From the human T2T-CHM13v2.0 reference genome, Homo sapiens, in NCBI RefSeq assembly GCF_009914755.1, contig NC_060936.1: 64,000 nucleotides of DNA. One strand, 5' to 3'. Numbering within the stretch: the first letter of the stretch is position 1; every line of letters begins with the position of its first letter. The translations under genes were made by a program, and so were the position numbers. The notes beneath the pieces were generated by a model. It saw nothing but the letters and a program-made list of their open reading frames with translations, had not been told where the DNA came from and did no database searches. Below, in pieces: positions 55,379 through 64,000 of this stretch.

Positions 55379-56066
55379 TATCTCTCTTTGGAAAACCATT
55401 GAAGGATTTGAATAGCAGGAGAGGAAATTGGTTAGAATTTTCTCATCTTCTTTCCCTGCTGAGAATATCCTATTCACATTTCAAATGCACCCTTTTTTTG
55501 TGAAGGTTTTTGTTATACCCAAGGTTCACTTAATGACTTCTTCCTCTGTTGTACCATACTTCTAAAGTCTCTCATTCACTGAGCATACATTGTTTCAGGC
55601 ATAGTTCTAAGTGCTTTACATATATTAATCCAAGTATTCACCATTATAACCCCATGAAACAGGCATACATACCAATCCTCATTCTATTTACACGAATAAA
55701 GTGCTGAGCGTGGAAATATTAGGAATGACACAGTCTTCACAGCAACCTGTGGTAATTCTGTAGATAATAGCCACCTCATCTACATACAGTTATGGCAGAT
55801 CAGTTAACAAATACTTATGGAGTGCCATTTCATAGCTTATACAGTGCTAATTTCAGAAAAGTTTTGATGAGGCAGTCTAAAAGGAATCATCAGTTAGTAT
55901 ATAATTCCACTCAGTAAGTAAATCTGATTTTTTTAAAAAGTATAATATTTATAAGTTTAATCAAAGTATTGACATGTGAATTTTAGCTCAGAACTCTCCC
56001 CCAATAGAACTATACTTTCTCTATTTTCCAATCTCTTCTGAACCTGAAGACATGTTTGCTTATTAC

Positions 56067-56197
56067 CTTAGAGTTTTATTTACATCCAAACTCTCCCTGA
56101 AGCTCTTTTGTTTGCTTTTTCCACTGTGAGAATATTTGAGAGTTCTGGTGGTTATTATAGACAGTTCTAATCAAGGCTTCATCGTGCACAATATACA
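56067..56197 (-). pseudogene. Candidate 131-nt pseudo-exon (xYIVHDEALIRTVYNNHQNSQIFSQWKKQTKELQGEFGCK*NSK)
   Basis: gatttttccaag|TG...AAG|gtaata; 39 open codons from a phase-1 entry; 97-bp intron upstream. Confidence 0.55.
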
Positions 56198-56294
56198 CTT
56201 GGAAAAATCCACACCTGATTATGCCAAAGCAAGTTGAGGGCTGTTTTTCATTTCACTCAGTTGTGGCATTTTTATTAGGTCCCAGATTGCTTAC

Positions 56295-56626
56295 TTTGCC
56301 TTAGACATTTTCTATGTTAATTAAACTCATGATTGTTCCACTGCTTAAATTCTTCCCTTTTAAATAGTTGAATAAAAGAGAAAATGCCTTAGAGTATTTT
56401 TGAAATTTTTGTATTTTAACTGCAATATTAATATGTTATCTCATTTCTCCTTTCTATAATCATTAAAATTCCAGAGAGATAAATATTTGCAGCCCAATTT
56501 ATAAACTCTTGATTGACAATTGAAAAGTTGCTTTTTGTCAAATAAAAGAGCATCTCTTTAGAGGTCAAGAAAATTAGGCACAATACACAAAGCTTTTTCA
56601 AAATGATCTCATAAAAGGCCATAATT
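56295..56626 (-). pseudogene. Candidate 332-nt pseudo-exon
   Basis: aattttattttag|AAT...CAAA|gtaagc; 3' frame KREEFKQWNNHEFN*HRKCLRQ ends in phase 1 and joins the next segment (A|TG); needs internal frameshift(s). Confidence 0.5.
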
Positions 56627-56843
56627 CTAAAATAAAATTTGGTGTGATGTTGTGTCATTAATATTGTCAGGTAAAATTTTACATTTATTTGTAATTAGAT
56701 GGGGATATTAGGCTCTGCAATAATTTTTTTATATTTAAAAGTAAACACTGATAGTTACAAAACTTTCTTAAAATCCTTGACACCAATTAAAAATTTTTTT
56801 CTTTTAGAAATATGACATTGGAGTTTAGCGAGAATACATTTAC

Positions 56844-57444
56844 CATATTGTATTCATTATTAAAACTCTGCCAAGCATCCCTACTCCCTTGCTAAGGAGA
56901 GCAACTGGTGGCCCCTTCACAAATCTGGAAGTGTTCCTTTTCCTTTTGCTACTATTCCCTTGCAATGTCAGGCTTAGAATAGGATCTAAGTGTCTTGACT
57001 CCATGTTTCTAAATCTGGAGACAGAACCATTACATGGCTCTCGCATTAATAATTTTTGAGACAAGCAAAGTTGGTTCTACAAATGTAAAGCACGGGGCTG
57101 AACACCTACTGGCCTTGTGTACAATTTTCTAGAGAATCTTAAGTTGACATTTGTGGTAGACCAGCCCATAAAATTTGCACCAATAAAGCATTTTGTAAGA
57201 CTGTCCATATGTGAAACTGCCTCCTCAGTACTGAGTGACTCTACAAATGAAAAATCATGTGTTGTTTTTGAAATACAAACACCATGTAAGAGTTGCTTAG
57301 CTTTCACTCCTTTTTTCTCTGCTGAAATCTGTTTGGATAACTAAACTCTCCTTCTCTTAGGTGCAATTTTATACATTGCTTCTAACTTTCTCCCTTTCTT
57401 TTATTTGCCAAGATAAAGGCCCTTTTCTTTCAAACCACAGCTCA
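56844..57444 (-). pseudogene. Candidate 601-nt pseudo-exon: 199 codons in one frame with 3 stops
   Basis: ttcattttttctaatag|TG AGC TGT...ATA TG|gtaaat; xSCGLKEKGLYLGK*KKGRKLEAMYKIAPKRRRV*LSKQISAEKKGVKAKQLL...RALHL*NQLCLSQKLL...; unites ORF-track entries 57077-57307 and 56840-57064, which share a frame. Confidence 0.7.
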
Positions 57445-57974
57445 CTATTAGAAAAAATGAATACATTTCCAAAAGAAACAAGGTAGAAAAGCTATTTTTT
57501 GTTCTGGAGGCTACAAAGGAAAAGGTTTTGTATTAACCGACTATTGGCTTTAAAAGGTATCTTTTATATGCATCTCAGTAAATGGGAATTCTGTTTGGCT
57601 TGGAAGTGAATACATAAACAAATAGTGTATGGTTATATATAAAAATACTAAAAGTAACCAAACCTCTGCTAAACAACTCAGAATGAAGAAAAATTTTCCA
57701 TCATAGTGGCCTTTATTATTCGTCTACTCTGCCCATTTTCTATTTTATTTTGAAAGCAGCAAACAGAGATATGTCTTACAGAAATATATTTCTAGAAGTT
57801 GAGTATTAAATGATGGTCTGAAGTTCTACTTGTGTACATGGAAAGGACTTAAAAACTTTTATTTGTGTAAAATTGATGAAAAAATGTTCACTGAATGTAG
57901 ATTATGATCAATAACTCTGTTAGGAGCTTGGGAAAACACATTACATGTATAGCTTCTGCATTTGAAGAGTTTGG

Positions 57975-58320
57975 AATCTGCAATTAGTAATCTTTTGTAA
58001 CCTAACAACTTACCATACACTTAGTGGCTTAAAACAACATACAACTATAGTCTCACAGTTTCTGTGAGTCCAGAGTCTGGGCATTACTTAGCTGGGTCCT
58101 CTGCTTTGGAATTTTTCACAATCCTGCAATCAAGATGTTAGCCAGGGCTGGGTTCTCATGTAACGATCCAACTGGGGAAGAATCTTCTTCTGAGCTCACA
58201 TGGTGTTGATGGCAGTCAGTTTCTTGAAAGCTATCAGACTGGGACCTCTGTTTCTTGCTGATTGTTAGCCAGATCCTGCCTTTAGTTTTTCGTTAGGTGG
58301 GACTTCCCAACATGTTCATT
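57975..58320 (-). mobile_element. MLT1-type LTR fragment
   Basis: 'cttagtggcttaaaacaac...tctcacagtttctgtg...tagctgggtcctctg...tgcaatcaagatgttagccagggctg'. Confidence 0.75.
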
Positions 58321-58488
58321 TTCTGTATAAAGTTATTTAAGTATATATTGCTTATTTGAAGGTATATAAGCTTTGATTATAATTATAATTTTTATTTTCA
58401 TGTCTATTTTTTTCTCTCTGTCACACACACATACAGACATACACATGCAAGTATATGCATATGTCTTTATCCTTTTATTTTTTCTTAC

Positions 58489-59084
58489 CAACTGTGCCTT
58501 CCCTAAGGTCTCTGTAGACTACAATATTTTGCATTTGGGTTTGCAAGTGATTTCTATCTAAGGAGGTTTGTGCATCTACACCTTATGTCACGTGACCCTC
58601 TTCATATTTGACTCTAGTGTGACTTTCTTAAGAATATCCACAGTGAAAAGGTATAACCCAAAGAAAGTAATGGTAAAATTAGGAACTTAAAGGAAATCTA
58701 GTTTAACTAGTTGTCCTAGTGTGCTGTCTAATAGATTTAAATCATAAAATGCTAGAACTTAGAACTTGCATATGTCTTTTGTTTTTCATTTCTATTTTAT
58801 TCTACAACAACGTTCACTGTAGTCACTCAATCAATTCTTGTCTTCATGGTTAAGTGGGACTTGATGGCTGATTATGAGACACTATACCTAATTTTGCTAG
58901 CTAGTGAAGAGTTCTGTTCAGTAATTAGAGTCTTGGAGTTCCTGGGTACATTATCACAGCAGAGAAAAGAGCCAAGAGCCTTATAAAATACAGACCCAAA
59001 ATGTGCCACAAGGAACTGCCCTCAAGTTAGCTGGCATTAGATTGTATCAGCTAGAAGGCACTTTTCCCTCCCAGTTTACATTAT
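58489..59084 (-). pseudogene. Candidate pseudo-exon (5' boundary uncertain)
   Basis: Consensus donor GTTG|gtaaga at 58488. The last 31 codons are open (GVDAQTSLDRNHLQTQMQNIVVYRDLREGTV) and end in phase 1, joining the 57444 exon (G|TG). Acceptor possibly ttttcttcttcctgag at 59085. Confidence 0.5.
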
Positions 59085-59350
59085 CTCAGGAAGAAGAAAA
59101 AATTTTATGTTGAATAAAGTTTTAATTTTTGACGATTCAAGAAATACCATTATTAAAAATGATTCATGAACAGAGTTGTGCCTCCTAAATCTGCACAATG
59201 GAGATGTCAAATTTCCTCACTTTATTAACCATAAATTTGGTATCTGCTGAATATTAACATGCCTCCTTTAATCTAACCATAACAATATTATTTTTTTCAA
59301 AAATAAAATTTTTTTTTTTAAACCATGGAACGTCCGGGTATAACACAGAC

Positions 59351-59838
59351 CTGTTGAAGAAGTCTAGGTGACACCAAAACTTCCAAGTGAGAAATTTCAA
59401 TCAGTAATTTAAATATTTTGTTAACATGATACCAAACATCTGAACATTAGGAAACCTCCAGATGACTGGTAGAAGTATTCATTTTTTATCCATATGTCTT
59501 GCTGTTTTGATGATATACTGATTAACTTTCTTTCCAGCCTACAAATTTGTTTCTTCTATCCTAAAGGAGAACTGAAGGATTGGGTGAGGAAAATTACATT
59601 TTTTTTTCTTCAGCTCATCATTAAATTGAACAATGTGAGAGGTTTTGAAGTTTAACAACGTGTGGTTTCCACCATAGTGGATGGGTGTACCTTTAGTAGA
59701 GTATTTGACTAGCTTTAACCTGAATGTATAATTTCTCTGCATTCTCCAAATCATCATGAGCTTAATGCAATTTAGTAACCCCAATTCTCCTGCACAGCAG
59801 TACATTCCTGTCAGGTTCACACTTCAAGGGAGTTCTCT
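59351..59838 (-). pseudogene. Candidate 488-nt pseudo-exon
   Basis: Strong acceptor tttgctcacttctttcattctcag|AG; phase-1 reading xRTPLKCEPDRNVLLCRRIGVTKLH*AHDDLENAEKLYIQVK...; weaker donor CAG|gtctgt; internal frameshifts required. Confidence 0.5.
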
Positions 59839-60639
59839 CTGAGAATGAAAGAAGTGAGCAAAACAAGCACATTCCCAGGTTGTATATATATTTTGCACAT
59901 CATAGTTTCAAGGGCAATAGGAAAGGCATAAATTACCTAAAAACATCTATGACTTACTATACTTGAGAGCCAAAACCTTATCCATTCAGTCTTATTTTAG
60001 TGCTGAAATGTATTTATTTGTGCAGTTCCAAGAACACAATTTATCACTTTTCTTCTGCTGCAGAGAAAGAAAAAAGGCCAATAGATCATCACAGTAAGAG
60101 CTGAAACTACTAAATATAGAGATAGAACCTTTAGTTATTGTTAAGAAAAGTCAGAATAGAAAGAAACAGTGAGAAGTACTATTTTGTATCCTGATTCCTC
60201 ACAGGTACACTTAAATATTGAGGGTCAGAGATGTGAATCTAAATCTTGTTTCAAATATTTGAAGCATTTTTAAAAGGCAGAAATCTAGTCTCCTGAGACT
60301 CAATATGGTTGTGGCAATTTCTACACAATCTATAATAATCTAATTTCCATGTAGAACATTCTTAATCTCTATAGGACAATATCTAGAAAGTATTATAGAG
60401 CATAAACTTTATGAGTGATAAATTTAAAAAAATTCAAAGTCTGCATCTTACTTTGATTTGTCTTTATGATAAATGGTAAAAATAGTTTATGTAAGAAGTT
60501 ATTGAAAACACCAAGAAAATGTTAAAGTTTGTATGATTTGCTGCTATACTGAGATTTCCAATATAGGATAATACATGAGTGTTTATATTATTTTTAAAGG
60601 ACTATGATAGAATAACACCTTTTAGAAAGTGGTAATTAC

Positions 60640-61116
60640 CTATGAAATACTATTATGTTTAATTGTTCTGCATTAACCAGCTACTGTTTTCTGACCCTTT
60701 GCAGATAATTCTTCTCTGTTTTTGTAGGCCATAATGGGATAATTTTATTTTTTTCTTGCTAAGGCTATAACATAAGCCATTTAATTCAATATAGTTTTGT
60801 CAAAATCTGCTGCAGAAGGTGTGCCAGGAGAATGTACTGTCATCGAGAAGTTCCAACCTCAAATATTAGTTTTGCCTCTATTTTTATTCAATCAGAATAT
60901 TCTTCATATATCATTGGAGGACTTACAATTGAGAAACGCTTTTTATGTTTTTGGCCCAACATAATACTTTAGCAAAACCTTTTCTAGCTTTATTTTTAAA
61001 AATTATACAGAATAATAATCCTTTCAACAACACTAAAATTCTTTTGTTCAAGTTTCAAAATCTGGCATGTTTGAGATAATTTTAGGATTTTCTGTTTGAT
61101 AATACCATATTTTTAT
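60640..61116 (-). pseudogene. Candidate pseudo-exon (weak acceptor)
   Basis: Donor ATAG|gtaatt at 60639; 3' frame ELNGLCYSLSKKKIKLSHYGLQKTEKNYLQRVRKQ*LVNAEQ; several frameshifts needed upstream. Confidence 0.35.
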
Positions 61117-61239
61117 CTATATAGTTCATGATCTATGTAAGTATATCTTAAAATAACTAATGAAAATTAATAAGCGATAATAATAAGTTTTCTGAAGAGG
61201 GAATACAAATAACAGTAAATATTTAGTAAGTTGCTCAAT

Positions 61240-64000
<2,761 letters not shown>

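Noticed and set aside
56844-57444. Argument that all the stops are C>T changes from Gln/Arg codons
   Set aside because: True of every stop codon by construction, so it is not evidence.
59700-59800. Ankyrin- or TPR-like look of GVTKLH*AHDDLENAEKLY
   Set aside because: Too short and not repeated; a domain cannot be assigned without an HMM search.

Overview
AT-rich primate DNA, almost certainly human (it carries an Alu with the AluYa5 diagnostic changes). I see no intact protein-coding gene, RNA gene, CpG island or CRISPR array. A large share of the window is interspersed repeats (Alu J/S/Y, L1PA/PB/MA/M, THE1/MST/MLT LTRs, MIR/L2, MER), and most entries in the ORF track are repeat-derived. The main signal not explained by repeats is a set of minus-strand, splice-site-bounded, stop-poor reading frames in two TE-poor clusters (about 20-30 kb and 56-61 kb). 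Several junctions are phase-compatible (mostly phase 1), the peptides repeatedly carry basic NLS-like motifs, and one frame continues across an L1 insertion site. I read this as a decayed, unprocessed multi-exon gene that once encoded a large protein I cannot name. Two local templated insertions are also visible: a ~300 bp inverted copy inside an Alu and a 42 bp direct copy inside a MIR. All alignments and translations were done by eye, and repeat subfamily names come from recalled consensus sequences.
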